Part shown: piece after piece, positions 13,380 to 27,118 of the stretch
How positions within the stretch are numbered: position 1 is the first letter of the stretch
How the letters are laid out: each line of letters opens with the position of its first letter
NCBI GenBank assembly: GCA_951406725.2
Contig: OX597815.1
Coordinates: 118,296,001-118,360,000 of the forward strand
DNA from: Octopus vulgaris
Lineage: Eukaryota
DNA length: 64,000 nt
Direction of reading: 5' to 3'
Made by a program: the position numbers and the translations under genes
Notes under the pieces: generated by a model
The model's database searches: none
What the model saw: only the letters and a program-made list of their open reading frames with translations
What the model was told of the DNA's origin: nothing

Positions 13380-13710
13380 AAGACCTGAGGTATGCAGGAG
13401 ACTGACTGGGAGATCAATGCCTGTTCATCGCCACATATGGAGGAAGCAGGTTATGGTGCGAGGTCGACACCTTTAAGAAAGCACGTATTCTGCATGAAGA
13501 ACTTAATCGTGCTGCTCGAACGCATACTGCTGGTGTAGTGAATGGGGAGAGCTTGGTCTGCAATGTTTGCAGTCGTGTATGCTTGTCAAGAGCAGGTCTC
13601 ATTAGACACCAACGGAGCCGCAAATGCAAAATATAAGTTAGTCTTAGAGGCACAATCTTCCTGAAGGTAAGCAATGGTCTTCCTCGGTAACGAATGGACG
13701 ACCATCAAAT
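13380..13710 (+). mobile_element. RTE LINE 3' end fragment
   Basis: Translates to W..GV.TF...CNVCSRVCLSRAGLIRH (CCHH). The 3' stem-loop TGGTCTTCCTCGGTAACGAATGGACGACCA resembles that of the 37.3 kb RTE. Confidence 0.75.
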
Positions 13711-14129
13711 ATGCATGTACGTATGTATATATGTGTATGTGAGCGTTTCTTTGCCATAGACAACAGAAAATCCACCTACCCTCTAACTCCTTAAAGCTAC
13801 GCATTCCTCACACTCACCTTTCTTTCCCTTTTTCGGCGTTTTAAAATTTATTCACGTGCATGCGAATGCGTGTATGTGTAGTGTGTGTGTGTCTATGCAT
13901 GTAACTATGTATTTACGAAAATATGTATGCAGTGTCGCGTGTATATCCGAGGATGACAGCTGTATTAACGTTATCATCTCACTGCCATTCCATATTTGTC
14001 GCTTACACAACACTGTTCTTCCCTTCCCTGATATCAGCCTCTCTCACTATGCCACCATATTTCCCTCAAACTAACACTCTTTACACCCTTCTCATTTTCT
14101 CAAATAATAGCCCATTATAGATTTTTATT

Positions 14130-14266
14130 AAAATCCAGTTAGACTAATAGAACTGGATGTTAGTTTAACATGTATGCAAGATTTCGTTAAGATTGGTTCA
14201 CTGGTGTAGACAGCAAGATAGTAACAGACAGATCGACAGACAGAAATTGGCATTTATGTATAAGAT
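14130..14266 (-). mobile_element. Helitron-like 5' fragment
   Basis: Minus strand reads A|TCTTATACATAAATGCCAATTTCTGTCTGTC..., like the 5' ends of the other Helitrons here. No 3' end found. Confidence 0.4.
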
Positions 14267-14281
14267 ATATTTATGTATAAG

Positions 14282-14341
<60 letters not shown>

Positions 14342-14344
<3 letters not shown>

Positions 14345-14812
14345 AGTTAGTTAGTTAGTTAATTTGGCTCAAAAGCAAATAGCAAGGCCATGTAGGGGGA
14401 CATGGAGTTAAGTACAGGGTGGTGTTCATGTAAAGAGTTCAGGCCACTTGAGGTCCAGGGAGGCTTTGAACAAAGCGGTCGTCGGCATCTTCACCATCTC
14501 GTCTGGCAGCTTGTTCCACGGATCCGCAACCCGGACGAAGAAAGCTCCTCTCCTTCGATTGAGATGAAATCGTCGCAGGTAGAGCTTTTCGGAATGACCC
14601 CGCAGCCGACGCTCTGGAGCAGGAGTGAAGAACAGCTCTTTCGAGAGGTTACACTTTCCGCTTATGATGTTGTGGGCGAGAATGAGATCACCACGGCGGC
14701 GGCGTTTTTCAAGAGAATAAAGGTCGAGCGTCCTCAGCCTTTCTTCGTAGGACAAATTTTTGAGACCATGAACCATGCGGGTAGCCAGCTTCTGGACTCT
14801 TTCGAGATGCTA
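14342..14812 (-). mobile_element. CR1/L2-group LINE 3' fragment with (TAAC)n tail
   Basis: ORF 14426..14776 reads LSYEERLRTLDLYSLEKRRRRGDLI...LRGH..KL...FF.RV...WNKLP, followed by a tandem-repeat tail. Confidence 0.9.
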
Positions 14813-14941
14813 CACACACACAAGAGTTAAGGAATGGCGTAGATAAGATTTGGGCTACATATGTTTCATTGTGAGCGGAACCCCGGAAGTGGTAAATATC
14901 CAAGCGAGTAGTATACCGCAGGTTATTCTTCAGGTCATTAA

Positions 14942-14984
<43 letters not shown>

Positions 14985-15750
14985 TGTTTGTGCGTGTGTG
15001 TTTGCGTACGTGTGTGTGTGTGTGTGTGTGCGTGCGTGTGCGTGTGTGTGTAAGTAATTATTTGGTGTTTGGGTACATGTCTATTAGTATGCCGAATAAA
15101 GCACATTCACCGTTTGGGCTAACTGATGTCATCCGCTGTTACGGTATAGTTTTCATTGGATCTACGGTAGGAATTACGCAGTGTTCGTTTGGTTTATAAA
15201 TAATGAGGGGAAACGGGAAATTGAATTGGTACAAATTTTTATTCAACACCAATCTTTATTCAAAGATTCGTATCAAATCCATTTTCCGTTTCCCTTATTT
15301 CCCTCATCAATAATATATATATATATATATACAAATTGAGATAGGGGTTGTAAATGCAACCCTCCATGGGATAACATATATCCAATATACTGCTAGTGAA
15401 GTACCCAACAAAGTTAATACATAAATGTTAATGACTGCGATGCAATCAATTCATTTACTGTATTATATGGGCAAAGGTAAAATGATTTACCACAAATTAC
15501 TAATACAAGATAAGAAAATGGAGAAATACATCTAAATCAAATATCAATTACACGATAATACTCAATCACATACTTTATAAAACCACCACATAAGAGACTG
15601 TAGGGTTACATATAAAAAGCAGAACAAATCAGTGTACATACAGTAGTGTACATAAAAAAGTGTACATAAAAGAGTAATGATGTATAATAAGTAGAATATA
15701 TATAAAAGAGAATATAAATATAAGTAAATATAAATATAAGTATAGATTAT

Positions 15751-15877
15751 ATCTTACAGCTGTTTCGGCCATGTAGATAAGTATGTCTCATTTTACCAAT
15801 ATTAGCCTTATATGGTAGGTCAATATATAGATATAAATGAGACATTTACAAAAATATCATAAGGCCTCTTCGGAGAT
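15751..15877 (-). ncRNA. Hammerhead ribozyme variant (CCGAAGA core, extended stem II), copy 1
   Basis: Reverse complement of the motif at 16717-16843. Confidence 0.7.
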
Positions 15878-16716
15878 TATGTAATATAAATCAGTCTACA
15901 TATATATCCACATGGGTGTGGGTACATACCCATAATACAACATATACATATACATATGAGTGCATATACTCACACTCCTATACATATAAAACATAATGAT
16001 ATAAATAAATAATATAAATTAGTAAACATATATATGTTCCACATTCAACCTCTCAGTTTTTCGACTTAATATTGTGATAATAAACATACACATATTAGTA
16101 CCTAGATGCAAATATACATAGGCAATAGTACATTATATTACTTCATACTAATTTCTAAAGTGTCATTGAAGTTAGCATCATTATCGTTGTCAATACAATA
16201 AATGTTACCATTATTATCATTCATAATATTATTAATAACGCTTACATTAGTAATTTTAGTTAGTAATTTTCTTTATGACATAAGGAAAATTACTAACTGG
16301 AACCCGGACATACTTATGTGCCAATCTGGATCCTAATGTAAGCGTTATTAATAATATTATGAATGATAATAATGGTAACATTTATTGTATTGACAACGAT
16401 AATGATGCTAACTTCAATGACACTTTAGAAATTAGTATGACGTAATATAATGTACTATTGCCTATGTATATTTGCATCTAGGTACTAATGTGTGTATGTT
16501 TATTATCACAATATTAAGTCGAAAAACTGGGAGGTTGAATGTGGGACATATATATGTTTACTAATTTATATTATTTATTTATATCATTATGTATATGTAT
16601 ATTTTTATATGTATAGGAGTGTGAGTATATGCACTCATATGTATATGTATATGTTGTATTATGGGTATGTACCCACACCCATGTGGATATATATGTAGAC
16701 TGATTTATATTACATG

Positions 16717-16843
16717 ATCTCCGAAGAGGCCTTATGATATTTTTGTAAATGGCTCATTTATATCTATATATTGACCTACCATAAAAGGCTAATATTGGTA
16801 AAATGAGACATACTTATCTACATGGCCGAAACAGCTGTAAGAT
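16717..16843 (+). ncRNA. Hammerhead ribozyme variant (CCGAAGA core, extended stem II), copy 2
   Basis: atct CCGAAGA GGCC [~92 nt rod] GGCC GAA ACAGCTGT A agat; stem I atct/agat, palindromic stem III, predicted GUA cleavage after 16839. Confidence 0.7.
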
Positions 16844-17088
16844 ATAATCTATACTTATATTTATATTTACTTATATTTATATTCTCTTTTAAATATATTC
16901 TACTTATTATACATCATTACTCTTTTATGTACACTTTTTTATGTACACTACTGTATGTACACTGATTTGTTCTGCTTTTTATATGTAACCCTACAGTCTC
17001 TTATGTGGTGGTTTAATAAAGTATGTGATTGAGTATTATCGTGTAATTGATATTTGATTTAGATGTATTTCTCCATTTTCTTATCTTG

Positions 17089-17119
<31 letters not shown>

Positions 17120-17224
17120 GCATACATGCATGTATACATTCATACATACATACATGCATACATACATACATACATACATACATACATACATACATACATA
17201 CATTCATACATATATATATATATG

Positions 17225-17319
<95 letters not shown>

Positions 17320-18082
17320 ACAAAATGGGACAAGAACGCAAAACATCTGGACAGCTAGGTGATACAAAAATGGGACAACAAAACACCAGATAGACGATAC
17401 AAAGAAAAGTTTTCTTTCCTCGGTCAAGTACCAGATTATCTTCGCAATTTCCGCTGGTTATACTTGAGATTGCTCCAATCTGGCCAGCCCCAAGGAAAAA
17501 CTAACCTAAGAGCATTAGATTCCTTGGAAGAAATCAGTGAATGTATTCAAAAACAAGGACGGAAAAAACGGACAATGTTACACAAATACAATTACAATGA
17601 AAATAATAATAATAACAAGACATAACAACATTTATTTATATCTGTGGGTAGCACACTAGATTTTTATATATTAAAAATTCTATAAAAGATAAGAAGGGAG
17701 AAAGCTGTCTATGTGAAATTACTTAAGCAACTTTAGCTATTGCTAGACTGTTGTTAGAAATCAAATGTCATTGTGGTTGAAAAGCCACTTTAAACAGAAA
17801 GGTAAATTGAGGTGCATATTCTATAAATAGTTGTTAGTTTATGGTATATAACCTAGCATTGATGAGTTCATGAATCATGTTCATATTTGGCGCATAAAGA
17901 TCGTTTAATATTGAGACTTGACGGTCAGTGGTATCAGACTTGTTTATGTAGAAATGCCTTTATGTATGCACTAATTCCGACACAATGTTGGTGGAACAGG
18001 TTTATAGGAATTTTAGTTTGGTGACTAAACATTTATTCAATGGATAATAAAAATCCACCAGTTTTATACATACATACATACA

Positions 18083-18116
<34 letters not shown>

Positions 18117-18126
18117 CATACATACA

Positions 18127-18189
<63 letters not shown>

Positions 18190-18237
18190 GAAACTAGTTC
18201 GTTAAGAAAATCTCTATTATATATATATATATATGTA

Positions 18238-18404
18238 TGAGTGGCTGTGTGGTAAGTAGCTTGTTTACCAACCACATGGTTCCGGGTTCAGTCCCACTGC
18301 GAGGAACCTTGGGCAAGTGTCTTCTCCTATAGCCTCGGGCCGACCAAAGCCTTGTTAGTGGATTTGGTAGACGGAAACTGAAAGAAGCCCGTCGTATATA
18401 TGTC

Positions 18405-18439
<35 letters not shown>

Positions 18440-18650
18440 TTGTGTGTCTGTGTTTGTCCCCCCTAGCATTACTTGACAACCGATGCTGGTGTGTTTATGT
18501 CCCCGTTACTTAGCGGTTCGGCAAAAAGAGACAGATAGAATAAGTACTGGGCTTACAAAAGAATAAGTCCCGGGGTCGAGTTGGTCGATTAAAGGCAGTA
18601 CTCCAGCATGGCCGCAGTCAAATGACTGAAACAAGTAAAAGAATAAAAGA
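18238..18650 (+). mobile_element. Full-length tRNA-derived SINE with CORE-like ACCTTGGGCAAGT segment and internal microsatellite
   Basis: A box GTGGCTGTGTGG, B box GGTTCAGTCCC, tail CTCCAGCATGGCCGCAGTC...AAGTAAAAGA. Many copies occur in the window. Confidence 0.9.
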
Positions 18651-18655
18651 ATATA

Positions 18656-19054
18656 TCTTTATATATAGAAGTCAAGTTGTGTGTCTGTCTCCTACGATTT
18701 AGATTCCTAACTACTCCCACACTTTGCGGTGCAGTTTAACCAAAACCGGGTATCTTATAGTCGTAATTCATATCGAGCCCTTCTGGGTATTAGCGCGCGT
18801 CTACGATGAGTCTACGATTAAAAAAAAAAATGACCATCATTTTTTTCCATTTTAATGCATTTTTTTCGCTATTATGTAAGGGAAGTAACTCTCTAAAAAT
18901 GTCTACGATGTGTCAACGATTTAAAAAAATTTTACCATCATTTTTTTTTTCCATTTTTAATGCATTTTTTGCTATTTTTTGTCTATAACTCTCTAAAAAT
19001 GCTCATATAGTTATTTCCCTTACAAACACGAGCAACGCCGGGCGATACTGCTAG
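18656..19054 (+). mobile_element. Non-autonomous Helitron with internal ~100-bp tandem duplication
   Basis: Begins A|TCTTTATATATAG and ends CGAGCAACGCCGGGCGATACTGCTAG|T. The duplication is about 18799-18901 versus 18901-19001. Confidence 0.8.
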
Positions 19055-19210
19055 TATATATATATAAAATGACTTCATAGAATAAACGAAACAATGAAAA
19101 GTTAAAACGTTAAAACCCAAATTTCAGAATATTGGCACTCTTTATATTTTACTTGTTTCAGTCATTAGACTGCGGCCATGCTAGAACACCGCCTTGAAAT
19201 AGTTTAGCTG

Positions 19211-19273
<63 letters not shown>

Positions 19274-19519
19274 CCAAATCGAGCGAGTGCAACAGCCTAA
19301 TACCCAGGCTAAATATGTTTTCCAGCTAGCAGATATTCGCATCCATAGCAATTCTACTTGCTAACCGTGAGCTATACAAAATATTTTTAGTTTATTGAAC
19401 TTTGACACCAATAAATCATTATTGTTCTTGAAAGTAGTTTTTATACCTACCACGGACTGTTCGAAGAGTACAAACTTCCTACACTTAGATCTTACAATTA
19501 CATATCGATAATATACTTA

Positions 19520-19685
19520 TACATGATGGGCTTTCAGTTTCTGTCTATCAAATTCTCTCACAATGCTTTGGTCGAGCCGGAGCTAAAGTAGAAGCCACTT
19601 ACCTAAGGTGCCACACAGTAGGACTGAACCCAGAACCATGTGGATGAGAAGCAAGCTTCTTACCACACCGCCACGCCTGCGCCTA
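19520..19685 (-). mobile_element. SINE 5' half (family of 18238)
   Basis: Reverse-complement match to the SINE head. Confidence 0.8.
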
Positions 19686-19782
19686 TGGTGTGAAGGCAAA
19701 TTCAATAAAAACTGTAATATGCAATTCGATATATTAATGCTTACCTAAACAAATATATGCATAAATTATATTTTTTCAAACG

Positions 19783-19848
<66 letters not shown>

Positions 19849-19857
19849 CACACACAC

Positions 19858-19924
<67 letters not shown>

Positions 19925-20210
19925 CGACGGCCTTTCAGTTTCCATCTACCAAATCTACTCACAAGACTTTGGTCGGTCCGAGGCTATAGTAGAAAACACT
20001 TACCCAAGGTGTCACACAGTGGGATTGAACCCGGAATTATGTGACTGGGAAGGAAGCTTCTCACCACACAGCCACTCCGGCACCTATATATAGGAACTGG
20101 GGAACTGCCTTGAAGAATTTTTTGTCGAATCAATCTAACTCCGTACTTATATTTTTCTTTAAAGCCTGATTCTTATTCTATCGGTAACTTTTGCTGAACT
20201 GCTAAGTTAT
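19925..20210 (-). mobile_element. SINE fragments (family of 18238)
   Basis: Reverse-complement match to head and tail segments. Confidence 0.75.
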
Positions 20211-21199
20211 ATAAATGTGTGACATATACATGTGTATATACACAGATATATAAGCGAGCGCTTATATATAAATATACATTAGACCCAAATTCTACGATAT
20301 GCTTCGAACTATATATATACAATATATTATAGCTGCTAGAGCATTTAATAGAATCACATATGTTTAAGGAATTTAAACGAATATTGAAGTAAAATTTACA
20401 TAAATACTGGCTAAAATTCACCTCTTTAAGTACTTCATGATCGTATATTGATGATGTATCTAAACACTTAATTCTTGCGTGTTTACAATATATTTGAATA
20501 CGTATGAATCTTAACATTAGCATATTTGCTCTTCTTATTGGTTGAGAACTTCTTGATTACACCTTACCAAATATGCTGCAATCAATAAATATTGTGGAAA
20601 GTCTACCGTACACGCATTCTACAGAAAATAAAAAAGCATCATTAAAAACTTGGGATGACATTTACTGTTTAAAAAAAAATTCCTCAGACAATACCACAAA
20701 CTTCCGCCGACATTCATTTTCAACCTTTCAAGAATGACGTACGCTACAAGTTTAAGAACTATATTAGCATTATCTGTAAAAAAATAAATAAATAAAAATA
20801 CCTCTGCAGAGAATATAACAGAATAAAGAACACGAATAACGTTTCCCTAAAATCTTATATGCCCCCAACTATTTTATGCAGTAATGAAAGGTGTCGTGTG
20901 TTTATATCAAATTCGATTTCTAACACGTACAAAATCCTTCATCGTTATCTTATTTGAAGTTAATACATCAGAAAAAAATATAATCACTCTCAATATTGAA
21001 GTCAGAACTAACATTTTAACTGGCCAGAAAGCATATATTTTACTCTACAAGATTTCAAGCTTAATTTCCCCTGCTGAATTGTAGAAAAAGATAATTTTCT
21101 ACAATTGTAGAAAAAGATAATTTCAATTGGATTTGAGCTGTAAATTTGCGTGTGCATACTGCAAGAAATAACATAATTCGCAAAGAAGTTTTACCTAGA

Positions 21200-21257
<58 letters not shown>

Positions 21258-21886
21258 GTGTGTGTGTGTGTGTGTGTATGTGTGTGTGTGCATGTGTGTG
21301 TCAAAGGAAGTTATTTTCATGGCATCCTTTCGTTTGAAGAAGCAAAGTTGTCAACTCGACATATATGGGACCATATGATTGTTCGTTAATTTCCGTAACA
21401 ATTTTAAAATTCTTTATGCTTTGGAGAGAGCAGAAATTGAAAGAGAGGATAAAATGAAAAGCAACATTTGCTTTGAAGTGAGAGAAAGTAAAAGAGGAGA
21501 AAGAGAAACATGTACGTGTATATGAAATGGACGTGTGTGTGTGTGTGAGAGAGAGAGAGAGAAAGAGTGAGTGAGTGAGTGAAGGTGTGTGTTATGATGC
21601 ATGCATTTTTTGCATGTATGTGTAAGTGGCACTCTTTCTCTCTCTCTCTCTCTTTCAAACACACACACACAACATTACATTATCTTTCATGTATTCGTAC
21701 ACAAATGGACGGAGGTAAAGAATACGCACACCACTCGTTTTCGGCGTAACCCTAACCACCGAGTCTGCGTATTCTTTACCTTCGCCCATAAATACATATG
21801 CATACATCTTTTTTGTGCGTGCGTGGAGGGAGAGGGAGAGAGAGAGAGACAGAGAGAGAGACAGAGAGAGAGACAGAGAGAGAGTT

Positions 21887-21945
<59 letters not shown>

Positions 21946-22524
21946 GACTGTATTTCCTCATACCATATAGAGAAATGGATGTGTTTTAATGCAATTGTTT
22001 TGGTTGTGACTTATTTTAATACACTAAACTAAACTTTCTAAATCGGCGCGTTTCACTGTTGGGGAAGGGGGTAAAGTCACATACATATACTAAGACACAC
22101 ACGTTAACGCACACCTCAAACCTATCTCTGTCTCTGTCTTTAGATACACGTGTGTCAGTCGTCACAAAAATATATGTACACTGACACACATACACCGTCA
22201 CACACATATACTTGTCATTCATCGGCCAAATGTATGTAACGAACGCGCGATCACACTCGTATAAAAATGTTATGTTATCGTTGTTGTGGTGGTGTTATAA
22301 AATGTCGTTTATGATAGGTGATTAAAAGAAAAACGATAATGTTATATTTTTGTAATTCAAGTATGTAAATGAAAATATAGTTTAGTTGGTAGCCAAAAGC
22401 CTACTGAATTTTTTGATACCCCATACATCAAAATCAGCAACTATGTTTTGGAATGCATAAGGAGAATACGCACACACACACATGCAAACTCACACACACA
22501 TGCACACACGAGATACATATATGT

Positions 22525-22595
<71 letters not shown>

Positions 22596-23404
22596 CATGT
22601 ATGCATATGTATGTGTGTATTTGTGTATGTATGTAATTATGAATATATATTTGCTACGGGTAATCATGTAATACAATACTACTTGCTGATGTTCGAGTTG
22701 TTACCGTCTAAATCTCTCAATCCTTCTAATTAGTGTGGAGAGTGTATTAGTACCCGGCGGGATTAGAAAGAGAAAGCTCTCAAAAGTGCATGTGGTCTTT
22801 GAGAGTAAACAGCACCAATATGTTGGAGAGGAAATGCCTGCCATCGAGATTATCTGGTATAATAAAATACTTAAATGAAAGTATTTCATTCTAATATTTA
22901 ATTCTATACTCTACCAGTCGGAGATCGGTTTCATAAAGAAGGTCAAAGACTAAGGAGTATAGAAAAGATTGGTAAATACGTCTGGTGCCCTAACAGCAGA
23001 ATGCCATGGGAACGACTCGACTTGATTGTGTGTGTGTGTGTATGTGTGTGGGTGTTTGTGTGTGTGAGTGAGTGAGTGAGTGTGTATTCACAAGTGACTA
23101 AGACATTTGTAGACTGACGACATCAACGTATGGACTGGAAACAGAAACCCAGCCGATTATATGCATACAGCACAATATAGAGAGAACTGAAGATTCTTGG
23201 CAGGCCGACCTCTGGTCATAAAGAGGGCACCTGGTTGGTGGGTAATGTGTAAAAATCTTCGGTATGGAAGAGCAGAAGTTTACAATGTCAAAGTGGGTAA
23301 AACTTCAATATATTCTTATTAGATATTGCTAAGCCATTTTGCTACAGTATAATTAAGTTCTATTGCTGCAGGTTAGTAGCTCTTATAATATTATTTTTAT
23401 TGAT

Positions 23405-23545
23405 AAGGCGGAGAGCTAGCAGAATCGTTAGCACGCCGGGCAACTTTCCGAGTTCTTTACTTTCCGACTTCAAAGTCCGCTGAGGTCGTCTTTGCTTTTC
23501 GTCTTTCCGAAATTACTGGTCTTGTGCCAAAATTTTAAACTATTA
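23405..23545 (+). mobile_element. Deleted Meta-like SINE with (ATT)n tail
   Basis: GAGCTAGCAGAATCGTTAGCACGCCGGGC...GAGGTCGTCTTTGC...CTTGTGCCAAAATTTTAAAC(TAT)n. Confidence 0.75.
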
Positions 23546-24600
23546 TTATTATTATTATTGATAATTATTTTCTTATTAATTAAGCCTATCACGGATCTGG
23601 CAGAGTTAATAACCATAAATCTAAGATTAGAGATGAGATGCCTTTTGTGAACCTTGAATGAAGTAAATGATTCGCATTTTGTAATTATTTATTGTACCTA
23701 CTTTTAGGTCGTGTGCTATTTCTGCCTCATTATTAATGCTATTGCGAATATGTGGGCTCGTTTTCTCACACCTTTGGATTATATTGTTAATTAATAGTTG
23801 TTTCTGAGGGCTGTTTTCTTTTTCACAGAGATCTTTAGTCATGTGTGAATAATAACAATTCAATAAACTCTACAATTAGAATTATATATGGAGAACGATC
23901 GAACCTATAAATACTCAAAATAAAAGTAAAAGGAATCAAAGTGGATGTCTTAAGAAATTTTTTTTTAAAAGGCGTCGCAGGAGCGATGCACAACCTGCGC
24001 GCAGATAAATGTTTTCGCAAATTATAGTGTGGCTTAACAATGCGTTGCTTGCCCATGCTTTTTAATTGAACTGAATTAAACTTTGTAAATGTTTAACTAA
24101 AAGAGGATTAGAAGCCTAAGAAAAGGGAAATTAAAAAATCAACTCGTAAATAAACGAAACCCTCGAATCCATTACTGTATACAACACACACACACACACA
24201 CACACACAGAGTCGTATATCTATGTATGTATTTATGTACCCACACGTGTCTACGCGCATAGGTACAACATGATCTATACACACGCATCATACAAGGGTCG
24301 ATTCATATGAAAAAGAAAATGAACAAAATGAAATACTTATAGAAATATTACATAGCAACCTCTTTCAATAATAGCAGGTGAATCAAAAACACTGTAGTTC
24401 GTTACATAATATAAATAATATGACCACTTACTTATCGGGAAATTTGTAAGTTCGATTAAATTTTTTTTTTATTTCTTTTTAAGTAACACCATTATAGATA
24501 TTTATACTCCTCTGAAATCAAGAAATCAACTCGTAAATAAACAAAACCCTCGAATCCATCACTGTACACACACACGCACGCGCACACAGACACACACACA

Positions 24601-24661
<61 letters not shown>

Positions 24662-24699
24662 GCACACAGTCGTATATTATGTATGTATTTATGTATGTT

Positions 24700-24872
24700 T
24701 GAAGATGAGCAAACCAAATCTTCATCATTTTGAGCCACTCACTCAATGAGTATTTCTGCCAAATTTGGTGAAAATCCGTTCGGTCGTTTTCCAGTTATTT
24801 CTTGCAAACACACAGACAGACAAAAACGGGTGATTATAATACCCTGCTTTCACTTACGCGCGCAGGGTAAAC
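24700..24872 (+). mobile_element. Helentron/HINE-like 3' end
   Basis: AAATTTGGTGAAAATCCGTT, (CAGA)n and a terminal hairpin ACCCTGC...GCAGGGTAA. Confidence 0.5.
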
Positions 24873-25001
24873 ATCATTTACTGTGATTTTCCTTGGATTT
24901 TGTTAAACAAATTGATATAGAGGAAACTCATGCAGCTATATGTTAGTGAGGCCTGCCATATATATATATATGTATATATATATACACACACACAACATAT
25001 T

Positions 25002-25141
25002 AACAAGGGCAATACAAAAATTATTTCAATGCCAATATGCTGAGAACAGACTTTAAATCGTCAATTTCCACATTACAATATACGATTTAAAGTCTGTTCT
25101 CAGCATATTGGCATTGAAATAATTTTTCTATTGCCCTTGTT
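25002..25141. repeat. 60-bp-arm hairpin, 20-nt loop, one mismatch
   Basis: 25002-25061 is the reverse complement of 25082-25141. Confidence 0.97.
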
Positions 25142-25223
25142 TATAAGTTGTTTATAATTGCAACTTTTATAGGTATTTTAATATGCTGCCACTTTTGATG
25201 AAATTTTCTCTGAAAAAAATTAT

Positions 25224-25266
<43 letters not shown>

Positions 25267-25369
25267 GACATCACTAACTTATAGCTGCATGTATGTATGT
25301 ATGTATGTATGTATGTATGTATGTATGTATGTATGTATGTATGTATGTAGAAGTGTGTGTAGAAGCCGT

Positions 25370-25660
25370 AACAACTTTGGACCGAAAGGAGGGATAATCC
25401 CATAGTCACATACAGTGCGTGATCTCGGGATTGATATGAGCAAAATGCCTCGTTTCACATGCATATCACCTGAATAGTAGCAAGGGACCAGAAAACTATG
25501 CTGGTTCTATGGAGGACATTTGTACTCAGCCGTCTGGACTACTGCTCTCAGCTAAGAACTACGACTCTACTCCCTGGAGCGAAGACGAGAGAGATATACA
25601 GTAATATATGTATGAAAGATTCTGTGTGTATGAAAGATCCTGCAGGGACTGGTACCAAGG
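25370..25660 (+). mobile_element. Degenerate CR1-group LINE RT C-terminal fragment
   Basis: Peptide remnants VRDLGI and TMLVLWRTFVLSRLDYCSQ. Confidence 0.7.
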
Positions 25661-25679
25661 TTTGGAACCGAGAGCTATA

Positions 25680-26620
25680 ACAGACCCCGAACTGGACGTC
25701 AATGCACTGTTCCAAAGGTCCCAGCGTGCATACACTGATCACCTATATATGAAGAGAGCAAATGGAGAAAGGGGGCTGATAAGTGTGGAAGACTGCGTTT
25801 GTATCGAACTCGAGAGTTTAATGAGATACCTAGCCCAAAGTAAGGAAGCCTTGCTGGTGATAGTTAGGAACGAGGAAGTATTGAGAGCAGAGAAAAAAGG
25901 AAAACAAAGGAAGAAATGAAAAAAGGACATGAAGAAGAATTGCGCAAGTAGGGACAACACGATCAATTCCATGTAGCCACAACAGAAGTTTCTGGAAAAA
26001 AATAGATGGGATTGGCTGATGAAAGGATTCCTAAAAAAAGAGACCGAGAGTACTATACTGGCAGCGCAGGACTAAGCTCCGGTCACGAACTGGAGGGGAA
26101 ACCTGAGGAATGAGTAAGTGTCTCTGCTGTGCCGCATCTGCAATAGAGTGGATGAAACCATTGCCCATATCACGAACGAATGCCCTAGACTTGCCCCCAA
26201 ACACTACAAGTTGTGACGACACAACCAGGTAACGAAAGCGCTACAATGGAAACTGTGCGAAAAGTGGGGGCTAGAGAGAGGCAAGATGTGGTATGAGCAC
26301 AGACCGCAGAGAATGATGGAGTCGTAGACTAGCAAAATCCTCTGAGATTTCCCAATCCAAACAGATAATGCACTAGAGTATATCAGATCGGACCTAGCGG
26401 TGGTGGATAAGGTGCACCACATATGCTATATAGTTGATGTTGCATGCACCTCTGATCCACGAAAAGTCCAGAAGAAAGGCAAAAATGTAGATACAACCCT
26501 CTTAAGTACGAAACAGCCCGGCTGTGGAAAAATGAAGAACAGTATCAGAAGGCATCAAGAGGAATATAAAGGAAATTGGAATAGAGTGCCCAGTAGAACT
26601 GTTACAAAAGCTTTGCCTCC
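25680..26620 (+). mobile_element. Degenerate R4/Dong LINE fragment (post-RT region, CCHC, RLE)
   Basis: LYMKRANGERGLISVED, GFLKKETESTILAAQD, CRIC..ETIAHITNEC and SDLAVVDK..IVDVAC, with several stops and frameshifts. Confidence 0.85.
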
Positions 26621-27118
26621 TTTTCTCTTCTTCTTTTTCTTTCTCTTATTGACCCCGACCCCAGAAGGATAAAAGCAAATAATTTCTCTTATTTAGATAC
26701 TAGGAGCAATTTCGTACAATATATTCATGGCATACAAAATATTGAACGTTAAGTGTAGGGATAACAGAAGCGTGTGAAGTAGAACAAATGTACTAAAAAA
26801 ATGAAGGAAAAAGATCAAGGACGTTATTCAACAAACACTTAAAAACGCAAAAGTAGATGCAAATTGTGTTTTTTTTTCCCGTTTTTTTTTTGTTTCAAAA
26901 ACAAAAGTAAGGGTGGGTTTTTTTTTTTCTCGATAATGAAATTCCTAAGAAACATTTTCTTGGAAAATGAAATCACGAAAGGAGAAATGAAATTAATAAA
27001 ATATGATACTATTCTTGCAATATTCGTTCAATTTTTTAACGTACCTGTTTTAATATGAACTGAATAACGATATCTCCGTTTCTGATAATATTCATATATA
27101 TATATATATATATATATA

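Larger units (their letters stand above)
15332..17090. mobile_element. (TA)n-flanked non-coding PLE-type element with ~750-bp near-perfect inverted arms (15504-16250 / 16333-17090), each carrying a hammerhead variant
   Basis: The arms are reverse complements with few differences, separated by an 82-bp spacer. Hammerhead-like motifs at 16717-16843 (+) and 15751-15877 (-). Confidence 0.9.

Noticed and set aside
14342-14361. (GTTA)n as telomere-like repeat
   Set aside because: It is the tandem-repeat tail of the adjacent CR1-like LINE, not TTAGGG.
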